NCBI GenBank assembly: GCA_030656035.1
Contig: JAUSOK010000168.1
Location: 1-55,894 of the forward strand
DNA from: Syntrophales bacterium
GTDB lineage: Bacteria > Desulfobacterota > Syntrophia > Syntrophales > Fen-1087
Direction of reading: 5' to 3'
Length of the DNA stretch: 55,894 nucleotides
The position numbers and the translations under genes were made by a program. The number at the start of each line of letters is the position of its first letter. Positions within the stretch are counted from its first letter, which is position 1. Shown here in pieces: positions 1 through 9,072 of this stretch. The notes under the pieces were generated by a model, which had not been told where the DNA came from, did not search any database, and saw only the letters and a program-made list of their open reading frames with translations.

Positions 1-184
1 CCTTGCCGAAAAGCAAGGCCATCTCAGCGGTGACAGGTCTTTTCCCCTTGACGACGTGGGATATTCTCATGGCCGAAAGTCCAATGGTTCGGGCGAACTA
101 AGCCTGAGAGATCCGCAATTCGTCAAGATTCTCTTTAAGAAATTCACCCGGATGAACCGGAGGAAGATTGTTTTTCGGATTCAT
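1..184 (-). pseudogene. higA: HigA-family XRE/HTH antitoxin. Only the 5' part is in the window, and it is interrupted by an in-frame TAG at codon 29.
   Basis: Manual minus-strand translation from the ATG at 184..182 gives MNPKNNLPPVHPGEFLKENLDELRISQA*FARTIGLSAMRISHVVKGKRPVTAEMALLFGK. The TAG is the revcomp of 98..100. A GGAGGTG SD lies at 190..196, and the ATG is 12 nt after the higB stop. The reading frame runs off the window edge. Confidence 0.6.
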
Positions 185-196
185 GGTTTCACCTCC

Positions 197-478
197 TCAG
201 TCATAATCAACAATTTCAACATCGTAAGCCTCGCCGTTTTCAAACCGGAAACAGACGCGCCATTGTTCGTTGATGCGGATGCTCCATTGCCCGGCGCGAA
301 CTCCTATCAAAGATTCCAGGCGGTTAGATGGCGGCATACGGAGATCGTCGATAACCGTTGCCGCGTCGATCTGCGTCAACCGCTTTACCGCACGCTTCAG
401 AACGTCGGGCGGAAAACGTCTGGATTTCCCGGTGATATAAAAACGTTCGGTTTCAGCATCCGCGAATGTTCTAATCAT
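197..478 (-). CDS. higB: HigB-type toxin (RelE/ParE superfamily, plasmid-maintenance killer family)
   Basis: A 93-aa ORF with the patterns ERFYITGKSRRFPPDV and QWSIRINEQWRVCFRFENGEAYDVEIVDYD, typical of HigB. The toxin-first gene order followed by an HTH antitoxin also fits. Confidence 0.8.
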   Translation of the reverse strand: MIRTFADAETERFYITGKSRRFPPDVLKRAVKRLTQIDAATVIDDLRMPPSNRLESLIGVRAGQWSIRINEQWRVCFRFENGEAYDVEIVDYD

Positions 479-484
479 GGTAAC

Positions 485-514
485 GTTTATAAACTAATTG
501 TTTATGATAGCCAA
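485..514 (-). promoter_or_regulatory. Candidate higBA promoter with overlapping operator-like palindromes
   Basis: On the minus strand: TTGGCT (514..509), a 17-nt spacer, then TATAAA (491..486), only 7 nt before the higB ATG. The palindrome GTTTATAAAC (485..494) and the inverted repeat ATAAAC-TAATT-GTTTAT (489..505) overlap the -10 element. Confidence 0.4.
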
Positions 515-542
515 GCCGAAGATTATTTCTGACGAGAAACCC

Positions 543-572
543 TTGACAGAAACTGATAAATACAGTGATAAT
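543..572 (+). promoter_or_regulatory. Candidate sigma70-type promoter for the small membrane ORF / M16 peptidase operon
   Basis: TTGACA at 543..548, an 18-nt spacer, then GATAAT at 567..572. It lies about 40 nt upstream of the ATG at 615. Confidence 0.45.
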
Positions 573-614
573 GCAAAAAACTGAAATACTCGCACGGGGT
601 TCATTGCCATTTTT

Positions 615-836
615 ATGAAAACTTACTTCTGGTGGTTCAAACACGCGGCCATGACGATTCTGTCCGTCGTCTTTCTGGTCCTGGGCGTGGAAACGCTCGT
701 TGCCTCCTATCGCCTGGCAAATCCGTTGAACTTCATCATGGTCTTTTTTTCATCCAGCCTGATCATCCTTATAAGTCTCGTCGGCATCCTTTACCCCGTC
801 CTCCAGGTGTACACTCTACTGAAATCGAAATTGTAA
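615..836 (+). CDS. Small hydrophobic protein (two predicted TM helices), function unknown
   Basis: A 73-aa ORF with two long hydrophobic stretches (AAMTILSVVFLVLGVETLVA and FIMVFFSSSLIILISLVGILYPVL). It sits directly upstream of the M16 genes and downstream of the candidate promoter. Confidence 0.45.
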   Translation: MKTYFWWFKHAAMTILSVVFLVLGVETLVASYRLANPLNFIMVFFSSSLIILISLVGILYPVLQVYTLLKSKL

Positions 837-842
837 TCCGAT

Positions 843-2399
843 ATGATGAGAAAACGCAACGCCTTCATTCCGGCTATCCTCCTGATCCTTCTGATTCTCC
901 TGCTGCAGCCCCTGTATGCGGCGGAAAACGATCTGGAGAGCCGGGTCCGGAAATTCACGCTCAAGAACGGAATCAGGGTCCTGTTGCTCGAGCGGCCCCT
1001 GAGCCCGACGGTTTCCCTGTACATTCGCCAGCGGGCGGGCGCCGTTGATGAAGTCAGCGGTAAATCCGGGACGGCGCATCTGCTGGAACACATGATGTTC
1101 AAGGGAACTACGACCATCGGGACCCGCAATTATAAAAGTGAACGCGACGTCCTGAAGAAAATCCGAACAACGGGCCGGCAGCTCGATCTTGAACGCAGAA
1201 AAGCGGACGGGGCTGATGCCAAAGCCATCGAAACGCTCCAGACAAAACTCAAAGCGCTGCAGGAAGAACATAAACGATGGCTGATTCCGAATGAACTGGA
1301 CAGGATCTATACCGAAAACGGCGCGGAAGCCATGAACGCCGGCACCGGCCAGGATCTGACGACCTATCATGTCAGCCTGCCGTCCAACAAAATTGAACTG
1401 TGGGCGCGGATCGAATCGGACCGGCTGCAAAATCCCGTTTTTCGCGAGTTCTACAAGGAGCGGGATGTCATCATGGAGGAACGGCGTCAGCGGATCGAAA
1501 CCAATCCCGGGGGAAAACTGGCCGAACAGTTTTTTGCCGCCGCCTTTCAGGCTCACCCATATGGCAGCCCGATCCTGGGCTGGCCGTCGGATATGCGCTT
1601 TCTGAGCATGGACGATGTCTCGGCCTTCTTCCATCAAGCACGCGCGCCCCATCACACGGTCATTGCCGCCGTCGGCGACATCAATCCCCGGGAAACGCTT
1701 GCCGTCATCCGTAAATATTTCGAGAACATCCCGGCGCAGAAGACGGAACCGCCGTTCATCACCGAGGAACCCCCACAATCCGGTGAAAGACGCGTGGAAG
1801 TGATTTTTGACGCCAAAGAGCAACTCATGATCGGATATCACAAACCGCCCCCGCCCGCTCAGGATGATTACATTTTCGATGTGATCGAAGCCATCCTGTC
1901 CAGGGGAAGGACCTCGCGGTTTTACCGGACGATGGTCGAAGGGTTGAAGATCGCCGAGAGCGTGGACACGGCAAACGGCATGCCGGGGGCGCGTTACCCC
2001 AATCTTTTCGCGATTTTTGCGACCCCCCGACACCCCCATGAATGCCGTGAACTGGAGCAGGCCATCGATGCGGAACTGGAAAGACTCACGCGGGAGCCGG
2101 TTCCGGAGCAGGAACTGCAAAAAGTGAAAAACCAGATGAAGGCCGATTTTATCCGGAGTCTCAATTCCAACAGCGGTCTGGCGAGCATGCTCTCTTATTA
2201 TGAGGTCCTGATTGGAGATTATCGCTATTTAACCGACTATATCAGGGTCATCGATACAATCACGCCTGCCGGCGTCATGCAGGCCGCGCAAAAATATCTA
2301 AGAAAAGAAAACAGGACGGTGGCGACACTTGTACCCAAACGGGCGCCTTCCGTACAGTCCGGTCAGCCGGTGAATCAAAAACCGAAAAATGAAAAATAA
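843..2399 (+). CDS. M16 (pitrilysin/insulinase) family zinc peptidase, secreted, catalytically competent
   Basis: Signal-peptide-like N-terminus (ILLILLILLLQPLYAAE). Inverted zinc motif HxxEH in GTAHLLEHMMFKGT. 518 aa. Confidence 0.85.
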   Translation: MMRKRNAFIPAILLILLILLLQPLYAAENDLESRVRKFTLKNGIRVLLLERPLSPTVSLYIRQRAGAVDEVSGKSGTAHLLEHMMFKGTTTIGTRNYKSERDVLKKIRTTGRQLDLERRKADGADAKAIETLQTKLKALQEEHKRWLIPNELDRIYTENGAEAMNAGTGQDLTTYHVSLPSNKIELWARIESDRLQNPVFREFYKERDVIMEERRQRIETNPGGKLAEQFFAAAFQAHPYGSPILGWPSDMRFLSMDDVSAFFHQARAPHHTVIAAVGDINPRETLAVIRKYFENIPAQKTEPPFITEEPPQSGERRVEVIFDAKEQLMIGYHKPPPPAQDDYIFDVIEAILSRGRTSRFYRTMVEGLKIAESVDTANGMPGARYPNLFAIFATPRHPHECRELEQAIDAELERLTREPVPEQELQKVKNQMKADFIRSLNSNSGLASMLSYYEVLIGDYRYLTDYIRVIDTITPAGVMQAAQKYLRKENRTVATLVPKRAPSVQSGQPVNQKPKNEK

Positions 2400-3807
2400 G
2401 ATTCGGATACTCCTCTGTTTATGCAGTCTGCTGCTTGTTGCGCCTGTCACGGCCGCTGAACAGCGCCGGACCTTCCATCCGGACAGGCTGACCTACAAAC
2501 CCTTGCGCTTCACCCCCCCGCAGGCGCAGCGCCACACGCTCAACAACGGGATGATTGTTTATGTCCTGGAGGATCATGAACTCCCCCTCGTGAATGTCTC
2601 GGCTATTTTCGGGACCGGCTCTGTTCATGACCCCGCCGGAAAAGCGGGGCTTTCCGAGCTCACACACCGGGTCATGCGCACGGGCGGCGCGGGGTCTTTG
2701 AGCGGCGACGCCCTGGACGACCTGCTCGCGTTTCACGGCATCTCTTGTAGCTTTTCGGCAGAAATGGACATGGGGTCGGCCCACCTGTCCGTTTTGAAGC
2801 AAGACTTCGAACTGGGTCTTGATATTTTTTCCCGGATTCTGAGACAGCCCCGCTTCGCCGAAGACAAGCTCCAGATCGCCAAAGACCTTTCTATCGAAGG
2901 GCTCCGGAGCATTCGGGATAACCCGCCAGGGTATGCCTTCCGTGAGTTCAGGAAACTCCTCTACCGTGACAATCCACGCGGAAACCTTTACACCGCGCTG
3001 TCCGTCAAAGGCCTCCAGCGTTCCGATCTGATCGACTTTCATCAACGTTTTTTTCATCCGCAGGCGGTCATGCTGGCGATTACGGGAGATGTGACCACCA
3101 CAGAGGCGATCCGTCTGGCGGGCCGTTATCTGGGCGACTGGCAGGCGCCGGGACGTCCGGAAACGACGCCTCCGCCTGCCGGCAGGAAAAATGGCGCGAT
3201 TCATTACCTTCATAAAGAGATCCCGCAGTCCGTCATCGTATCCGGCCACCTGGCGCCCTCAAAACGGGATCAGGACTTTTACGCTTTCACGGTCCTCGAT
3301 TTCATTCTGGGGAGCGGCGGATTCCGTTCCCGCATCTTTCAGGAAGTCCGCAGCGAACGCGGCCTGGCATACAGCACCGGCAGTTTTTACAAAGCCAGGC
3401 ATGACTACGGCGCTTTCGGGGCCTATGCCATGACCCGTTCATCCGCCACGACGGCTGTCCTGGCATTATTGCGCGATCTTATCAAGGATGTGAAAACAAA
3501 AGGCGTCACCAAAGAGGAACTGTCCTGGGCAAAAAAATCCATCAACAACAGCTTTATATTTTCCTTTCAGGCGGCGGATCAGATCGCTTCCCAGCAGATG
3601 ATGCTTGAATTTGACTCTCTGCCGCAGGATTTTCTCATGAAATATCCGGAGCGGATCGACCGGGTCACAGCGGAAGACCTGCAGCGAACAGCGGGCCGTT
3701 GCCTGAACCGGGAAAAGGCCGTGACGCTTGTCCTGGGAGATGAAAAGGCATTTGACGCCCCCCTCTCCACCCTGGGGGAAGTAATCAGAATTGAAGGAGA
3801 CCTATGA
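2389..3807 (+). CDS. M16 family peptidase-like protein lacking the HxxEH motif (probable non-catalytic partner subunit)
   Basis: Signal peptide (LLCLCSLLLVAPVTAAE). M16-like length and layout, but the HxxEH position reads GLSELTHRVMRTGG. Overlaps the upstream M16 gene by 11 nt. Confidence 0.75.
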   Translation: MKNKIRILLCLCSLLLVAPVTAAEQRRTFHPDRLTYKPLRFTPPQAQRHTLNNGMIVYVLEDHELPLVNVSAIFGTGSVHDPAGKAGLSELTHRVMRTGGAGSLSGDALDDLLAFHGISCSFSAEMDMGSAHLSVLKQDFELGLDIFSRILRQPRFAEDKLQIAKDLSIEGLRSIRDNPPGYAFREFRKLLYRDNPRGNLYTALSVKGLQRSDLIDFHQRFFHPQAVMLAITGDVTTTEAIRLAGRYLGDWQAPGRPETTPPPAGRKNGAIHYLHKEIPQSVIVSGHLAPSKRDQDFYAFTVLDFILGSGGFRSRIFQEVRSERGLAYSTGSFYKARHDYGAFGAYAMTRSSATTAVLALLRDLIKDVKTKGVTKEELSWAKKSINNSFIFSFQAADQIASQQMMLEFDSLPQDFLMKYPERIDRVTAEDLQRTAGRCLNREKAVTLVLGDEKAFDAPLSTLGEVIRIEGDL

Positions 3808-3835
3808 CATTTTCTCGAATATTTGAGAGTTCATC

Positions 3836-5077
3836 ATGATTGACGCCGGTGTTTTCGAACAGGTAAAACAGCGCATTGAACAATACCGGGACGCCATGAT
3901 TCAGATGCAGATCGAACTGACGGCAATCCCGGCCATGTCGCCCGATAGCGGCGGTCAGGGCGAATATGAAAAAGCCCGTTATCTCAAGGAAAAATTGCAC
4001 GCCCTGGGATTCACGCCTATTCAGGAAATCAACGCTCCGGACAGGCGGGTCGCCTCGGGCATGCGTCCGAACATCCTCGTTACCCGGTCCGGGAGGAAAT
4101 CGGACAAAACCACATGGGTTCTTACGCACATGGACATCGTGCCGCCGGGCGAAATGGCCTTCTGGAGTGAAGATCCTTACAAAGGGTATGAGAAGGAAGG
4201 CCGGATCTACGGCCGGGGAACCGAAGACAATCAGCAGGACCTCGTGGCGTCCATCTTTGCAGCCAAGGCTCTGATGGATACGGGCGTAACGCCGGAAAAC
4301 GGCATCGGGTTGGCTTTTCTGGCTGATGAAGAAACGTCCAGTCAGTACGGTCTTGCCTATCTGCTGCAACATCAGCATAATCCTTTCCGGAAAGACGATA
4401 TCCTGGTCGCGCCCGACTCAGGCAATGAAGACGGATCATTGATTGAAATCGCGGAGAAAAGCATCTACTGGCTGAAGTTCAAAACCGTCGGAAAGCAGTG
4501 TCACGCCAGCAGACCGGAACTCGGGAAAAACGCATTCCTGGCGGCATCCCATCTCGTCGTGCGTCTGCATGATCTTCACGCGATTTTCGATGCCGTTGAT
4601 CCCCTGTACCATCCGCCTGCCAGCACCTTTCAACCGACGAAGAAAGAGATGAATGTGCCCAATGTCAATACCATCCCGGGTGAGGATGTCTTCTATCTGG
4701 ACAGCAGAGTTCTTCCCCGATACCCGTTATCGGATGTATTCAGCCGAATCCGGCAGATGGCCGATCATGTGGAAAAACAGTTCGGTGTAACGATTGAGAT
4801 CGAAACGGTGCAGGCCGTCCAGGCGCCCCCACCGACCCCGGTCGATGCGCCGGTCGTGCTGGCGTTGCGCGAGGCGATCCGGGATGTTTATGGGGTGGAG
4901 GCGACGCCGCAGGGAATCGGCGCCGGAACCGTGGCCGCCTATTTCCGGCGGGAAGGTTATCCCGTGGCCGTCTGGTGCAGAATCGGCAAGACGGCCCACC
5001 AGCCCGACGAACACTGCCTGATCGACAACATGATGGGAAACGCCAAGGTGTACGCACACCTTTTTTTACAGAAGTAA
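3836..5077 (+). CDS. M20 family metallohydrolase (ArgE/DapE-like)
   Basis: A 413-aa ORF with THMDIVPPG, GRGTEDNQQ and ADEETSS motifs, typical of M20 dimetal peptidases/desuccinylases. Confidence 0.75.
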   Translation: MIDAGVFEQVKQRIEQYRDAMIQMQIELTAIPAMSPDSGGQGEYEKARYLKEKLHALGFTPIQEINAPDRRVASGMRPNILVTRSGRKSDKTTWVLTHMDIVPPGEMAFWSEDPYKGYEKEGRIYGRGTEDNQQDLVASIFAAKALMDTGVTPENGIGLAFLADEETSSQYGLAYLLQHQHNPFRKDDILVAPDSGNEDGSLIEIAEKSIYWLKFKTVGKQCHASRPELGKNAFLAASHLVVRLHDLHAIFDAVDPLYHPPASTFQPTKKEMNVPNVNTIPGEDVFYLDSRVLPRYPLSDVFSRIRQMADHVEKQFGVTIEIETVQAVQAPPPTPVDAPVVLALREAIRDVYGVEATPQGIGAGTVAAYFRREGYPVAVWCRIGKTAHQPDEHCLIDNMMGNAKVYAHLFLQK

Positions 5078-5168
5078 ATCGGCCCTGTTTTTTCATCCGG
5101 CAACAGCCGGGTCATGATCATGGGTCTGGCAGAGCGCTCACAAAAATGATTGCAATCAGAAATGACGC

Positions 5169-6305
5169 GTGATAGCCTCCACAAGCAGCATCAGAGAGTG
5201 CACCGGTGACGTTGAGGTGCAGCGGGGGAACCCCGACCTGATTCGGGAATATCAGAGATCAGAGCGTGACAAGCTTGACAAGCTTGACAGGATTGAAAAC
5301 GACTTGAAACAAAAGCCCGTACCTCCTTTTGTCGAAAAAATCTGCTTTGCCAACCCCGAACACCTCATCCATCTTTTCGGCGAACATGACAATCATTTAA
5401 AATTTATCGAAAAGATCGAACCCGTCAAACTGTCCGTGCGGGGAAACCTCCTGTCCATCTCCGGTGAATCGCTCGCCGTCGGTCTGGTCAAGAATCTACT
5501 CTCCCAGCTCTATGGGATCGTTGAAAAAGGTTACCCCCTCTTCGCACCCGACATTGACTATGCGCACAGAATCCTCTCGGAAAACAGCGCCGTCAACCTG
5601 GAAAGGATATTTCTCGATACCGTCTTTATCTCTTCAAAGAAAAAGACGATCACCCCGAAAAGCATTGCCCAGAAACATTACATCGATTCCATCCGGCAGC
5701 ACGACATGGTCTTCGGCATCGGTCCGGCCGGAACCGGAAAAACCTATCTGGCCATGGCGATGGCAGTTTCCGCACTGCTGGAAAAGAAGGTTCACCGGAT
5801 CGCCCTTGCCCGGCCCGCAGTGGAAGCGGGCGAAAAACTGGGCTTTTTACCGGGTGATCTGGCGGAAAAGGTCAATCCCTATTTGCGTCCCCTCTATGAC
5901 GCCCTCTTTGACATGCTTGACTTTGACCGCGCCTCGGCGCTGATCCACAAGGGCGTGATCGAAGTGGCGCCCTTGGCCTTCATGCGCGGCCGGACCCTGA
6001 ACGATTCTTTTGTCATCCTTGATGAAGCGCAGAATACGACTTCGGAACAGATGAAGATGTTTCTGACGCGCCTCGGCTTCGGTTCAAAAGCAGTCATTAC
6101 GGGCGATGTGACGCAGATTGACCTTCCGACGGACAAGGTCTCGGGACTCGTGGAAGCCGAATCGATCTTGAAAAACACCGACGGCATCCGCTTTATCCAT
6201 TTTTCCGAAATCGATGTGGTCCGGCATCCCCTTGTCCAGGATGTGATCAGGGCCTATAACCATCTGGACAGCAGCAGAACAAAAGGCAGGCTGCGTCCGT
6301 CATGA
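5169..6305 (+). CDS. phoH: PhoH-like ATPase (YbeZ family); start codon uncertain
   Basis: Walker A motif GIGPAGTGKTYLAMAMAV, ILDEAQNT, and ITGDVTQIDLP. The GTG start at 5169 gives an N-terminal extension of about 55 aa, which may be over-called. Confidence 0.85.
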   Translation: MIASTSSIRECTGDVEVQRGNPDLIREYQRSERDKLDKLDRIENDLKQKPVPPFVEKICFANPEHLIHLFGEHDNHLKFIEKIEPVKLSVRGNLLSISGESLAVGLVKNLLSQLYGIVEKGYPLFAPDIDYAHRILSENSAVNLERIFLDTVFISSKKKTITPKSIAQKHYIDSIRQHDMVFGIGPAGTGKTYLAMAMAVSALLEKKVHRIALARPAVEAGEKLGFLPGDLAEKVNPYLRPLYDALFDMLDFDRASALIHKGVIEVAPLAFMRGRTLNDSFVILDEAQNTTSEQMKMFLTRLGFGSKAVITGDVTQIDLPTDKVSGLVEAESILKNTDGIRFIHFSEIDVVRHPLVQDVIRAYNHLDSSRTKGRLRPS

Positions 6306-6339
6306 TTCAATCAACAGGGAACATCGGCGAAAAATTCTC

Positions 6340-6798
6340 ATGAATATTCACATCGAAAACCGGCAGAAAGCGGTAAAGCTTGACCTGCGCCGGATTCGCC
6401 GGGTTGTCCATAAGCTGAAAAAAATCCTGAATTGTCCGGACCAGGAAATCAGCTTGCTGTTTGTTGATAATGAACAGATCCGTCAGATCAACAGGCAGTA
6501 TCTCAACCGGGACCACCCTACCAACGTCATTTCCTTCCCCCTCCGGGAAGGAGATTACGGCCACATCAATCCCCAGATCCTCGGCGACATCGTTATTTCC
6601 GCCGAACGTGCCTTCCAGGATGCCGCCGCCGGCGACCTTTCCGTGAATGATGAGATTGATTTTCTTTTGATTCACGGACTGTTGCATCTGTTAGGCTATA
6701 ATCACGAAAGCGGCAATAATAAGGAATCCTTACAAATGAGGGATAAAGAAAACGAAGTATTCTTCATGCTGAACGGGTATGAACTTGAACGCTTCTGA
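6340..6798 (+). CDS. ybeY: rRNA maturation endoribonuclease YbeY
   Basis: A 152-aa ORF with the zinc motif HGLLHLLGYNHE, immediately downstream of phoH. Confidence 0.9.
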   Translation: MNIHIENRQKAVKLDLRRIRRVVHKLKKILNCPDQEISLLFVDNEQIRQINRQYLNRDHPTNVISFPLREGDYGHINPQILGDIVISAERAFQDAAAGDLSVNDEIDFLLIHGLLHLLGYNHESGNNKESLQMRDKENEVFFMLNGYELERF

Positions 6799-6803
6799 TG
6801 CGG

Positions 6804-8729
6804 CTATTTCACGACAATAAGCTGGCCGGGTCGGATGTTGTCGGTCTTGTCCAGCTTATTTAACTCCAGAATCCTGTCCAGGCTGACATTGTTCATGCTG
6901 GCAATCTTGCCGAGCGTGTCGCCTTTCTGAACGGCATAAACAGCTCCCGGCGTTCCATCGTCAAGCGTCTTGTCGGCTGTTTTCTTGACAACCTTCCTGC
7001 CTTGTCTTGCCGGTTCCGTTTCGCTGTCGGTCATAGTCCCCGGACCGCCGACCTTGATGATTCTGCCGGTTTGCAGGGCATCCCCCTTGATGTTGTTTAG
7101 CCTTCTGATATCAGACGGTACGGTGTTGAACTGCTTCGCCACCGACCAGAGAGAATCCCCTTTTTTCACTTTATAGCGGACGATCTGTTCGTCCCGGCCT
7201 TTGTCACGCTGGGCCGCCTTTCCCGATGTGTTTTGCGCATAGCGGACCCTGCGGAGCGGCACTTTCAATCGCTGCCCGACGCGGACTTTTCTTTTAGCGG
7301 AAAGCCCGTTGTACGACATCAAAGCGTTCACCGATATGCCATAGCGATGCGCGATGGATGCCGCGGTTTCGCCGCGCTTGACTTTATGCCGCTTGAAACC
7401 GGATTTCATTGACATCCGGACCTGCCTGGGTTTTTCCGACTCTCGAATGCTGTCGGCGACTTTCGCAAATTTCTCGAGCGTCTCCGGGGGGACTTTCAGT
7501 GGATAGTCGCGGTCGGGCGTCATGCGATGTCTGAGTTCCGGATTGAGTGTATTGAGCGTTTCCTCGGGAACTTCGAGGGCTGCGGCGATATCCCGCAATC
7601 GCATGATTTTACTTGATTTGACAGCTTCGTAAGGGATTTTCATATACTGCGGCTGACCAAGATCCATGCCGAACTTCGCCGGATTCTTGACGATGTGCAG
7701 GGTAGCCAGAAAACGGGGCACGTAGCGTGCCGTCTCATAGGGCAGTCTGTGATAAAGATCCCAGAAACGGTCCAGGTAATTCAAATGCTGGCTCGATATA
7801 ACCCTGAGCACCCTCCCCTCCCCGCAGTTGTATGCGGCCAGAACCGTCAGCCAGTCTCCGAACATGTCATGCAGATCCTTCAGGTAGCTGATGGCCGCCC
7901 GGGTCGATTTTTCCGGATCCATGCGCTCATCGATCCATTCGTCCCGGTTCAGGCCATACTTATATCCCGTCGAGGGAATGAATTGCCAGGGGCCCAGCGC
8001 CCGCGCCCGCGACAGGGCGGAAACCTTGAAGCCGCTTTCCACCAGCGGAAGCCAGGACAGCTCTTCGGGCAGCCCCGCTTTTTTCAGTTCCCGGACGATC
8101 ATCGGGCGGTAGAGGCCGGAGCGGTGATAGGATGAAATAAAAAATTCTCTTTCGAAGCTGTGGAAGTTGCGGATTTCTTTTTCCACATCCGCGTTCATGA
8201 TAAGGGGAATCTCGCTTCGCTTGCCGACGGTCACCGTTTGACGGGACGAATAGACCGCAAGAATACGCTTTGAGATCAGCAGGCGCAGATCATCCTTCTG
8301 TCTGGCCACGACCGGGTCGCCGTTTGTTTCGATGATGAGGGCATAAGCCTGATCCAAAAGATTCAGCGCACCTTCCAGGTCTCCTTTTTTCCAGTGATTT
8401 TCGGACTCCTCCAAAAGCGCCAGGGCGTCCTCCATGATATTCTGCTCTTCTTCATGGGCTTTCTTGTTGTTATTGTCCTCGATGGCCGGCTTGTTGTTAT
8501 TTTCCTCGATGGCCGGTTGGTCGGCCAGCTGAATCTTAATTTCAGGTTCAGCAGGTGCCGCTTTAATTTCTGCAACCTGCAGCTTTTCCGTGCTCGGCAC
8601 AGATACGGGCAGGACATTTTCGGGAGGCATCAGCGCAAACGCCCGGTCCATGAAAAATACCTGGACGCCAACCAGGCAGATCAATAAAAAAGACAGAATT
8701 GTGAAAGGTTTTATGACGAATTTCGGCAT
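6804..8729 (-). CDS. mltD: Membrane-bound lytic murein transglycosylase (SLT domain) with C-terminal LysM repeats, MltD-like
   Basis: Signal/anchor N-terminus. SLT catalytic region LSWLPLVESGFKVSALSRARALGPWQFIPSTG. At least three LysM-like repeats (e.g. HKVKRGETAASIAHRYGISVNALMSYNGL, YKVKKGDSLWSVAKQF, YAVQKGDTLGKIASMNNVSLDRILELN). Confidence 0.85.
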   Translation of the reverse strand: MPKFVIKPFTILSFLLICLVGVQVFFMDRAFALMPPENVLPVSVPSTEKLQVAEIKAAPAEPEIKIQLADQPAIEENNNKPAIEDNNNKKAHEEEQNIMEDALALLEESENHWKKGDLEGALNLLDQAYALIIETNGDPVVARQKDDLRLLISKRILAVYSSRQTVTVGKRSEIPLIMNADVEKEIRNFHSFEREFFISSYHRSGLYRPMIVRELKKAGLPEELSWLPLVESGFKVSALSRARALGPWQFIPSTGYKYGLNRDEWIDERMDPEKSTRAAISYLKDLHDMFGDWLTVLAAYNCGEGRVLRVISSQHLNYLDRFWDLYHRLPYETARYVPRFLATLHIVKNPAKFGMDLGQPQYMKIPYEAVKSSKIMRLRDIAAALEVPEETLNTLNPELRHRMTPDRDYPLKVPPETLEKFAKVADSIRESEKPRQVRMSMKSGFKRHKVKRGETAASIAHRYGISVNALMSYNGLSAKRKVRVGQRLKVPLRRVRYAQNTSGKAAQRDKGRDEQIVRYKVKKGDSLWSVAKQFNTVPSDIRRLNNIKGDALQTGRIIKVGGPGTMTDSETEPARQGRKVVKKTADKTLDDGTPGAVYAVQKGDTLGKIASMNNVSLDRILELNKLDKTDNIRPGQLIVVK

Positions 8730-8859
8730 GCAACGAACTCCTTTTTCAGCTTACTTCGATTCTTCCGGCGGCCATTAATGTTCTGTCCGTCCGCCCGCAT
8801 CGATTCAAAAAATTTCGTCCCTTGTATCACAGACAACACTTATATCAAAACCCTATATT

Positions 8860-9068
8860 GACGCACTTGTAAAAAGTCGAAAAATGATCCCATTTCGACG
8901 GCTGCGTAAAAAGCTCCGCAGGCAAGGCGCGTCAATCCTGAGGAATGGAGGGAAAATTAGGGACAGCGCCCCTATTTTCGCCCCCGGGAAATAGGGGTGC
9001 TGTCCCTAATTTTCCCAGTGACGAAGGATGCAGCGCAACGCAGCATCTGGACTTTTTACGAAGCCGTC
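8860..9068. mobile_element. MITE-like non-autonomous element, copy A (209 bp), flanked by the 6-bp direct repeat TATATT
   Basis: Left end GACGCACTTGTAAAAAGTC matches the revcomp of the right end, GACGGCTTCGTAAAAAGTC, at 15/19 positions. TATATT occurs at 8854..8859 and 9069..9074. There is an internal 28-bp-stem palindrome at 8950..9016. The arms are near-identical to the copy at 48363..48544. Confidence 0.7.
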
Positions 9069-9072
9069 TATA

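Noticed and set aside
98-100. TAG in higA as a recoded sense codon (pyrrolysine or suppression)
   Set aside because: TAG is used as an ordinary stop in this window (the mltD stop at 6804..6806). No Pyl machinery or PYLIS-like context is visible. A pseudogene or base-call error is the simpler explanation.
816-2120. 434-aa ORF antisense to the M16 peptidase gene. Similar long antisense ORFs occur at 29561..30706 (381 aa), 36757..38571 (604 aa), 46921..48291 (456 aa), 9262..10167 and 10140..10922.
   Set aside because: These are shadow ORFs opposite strongly supported genes. Their translations are Arg/Gly/Pro-rich and low in complexity with no motifs, which is typical of GC-rich DNA.
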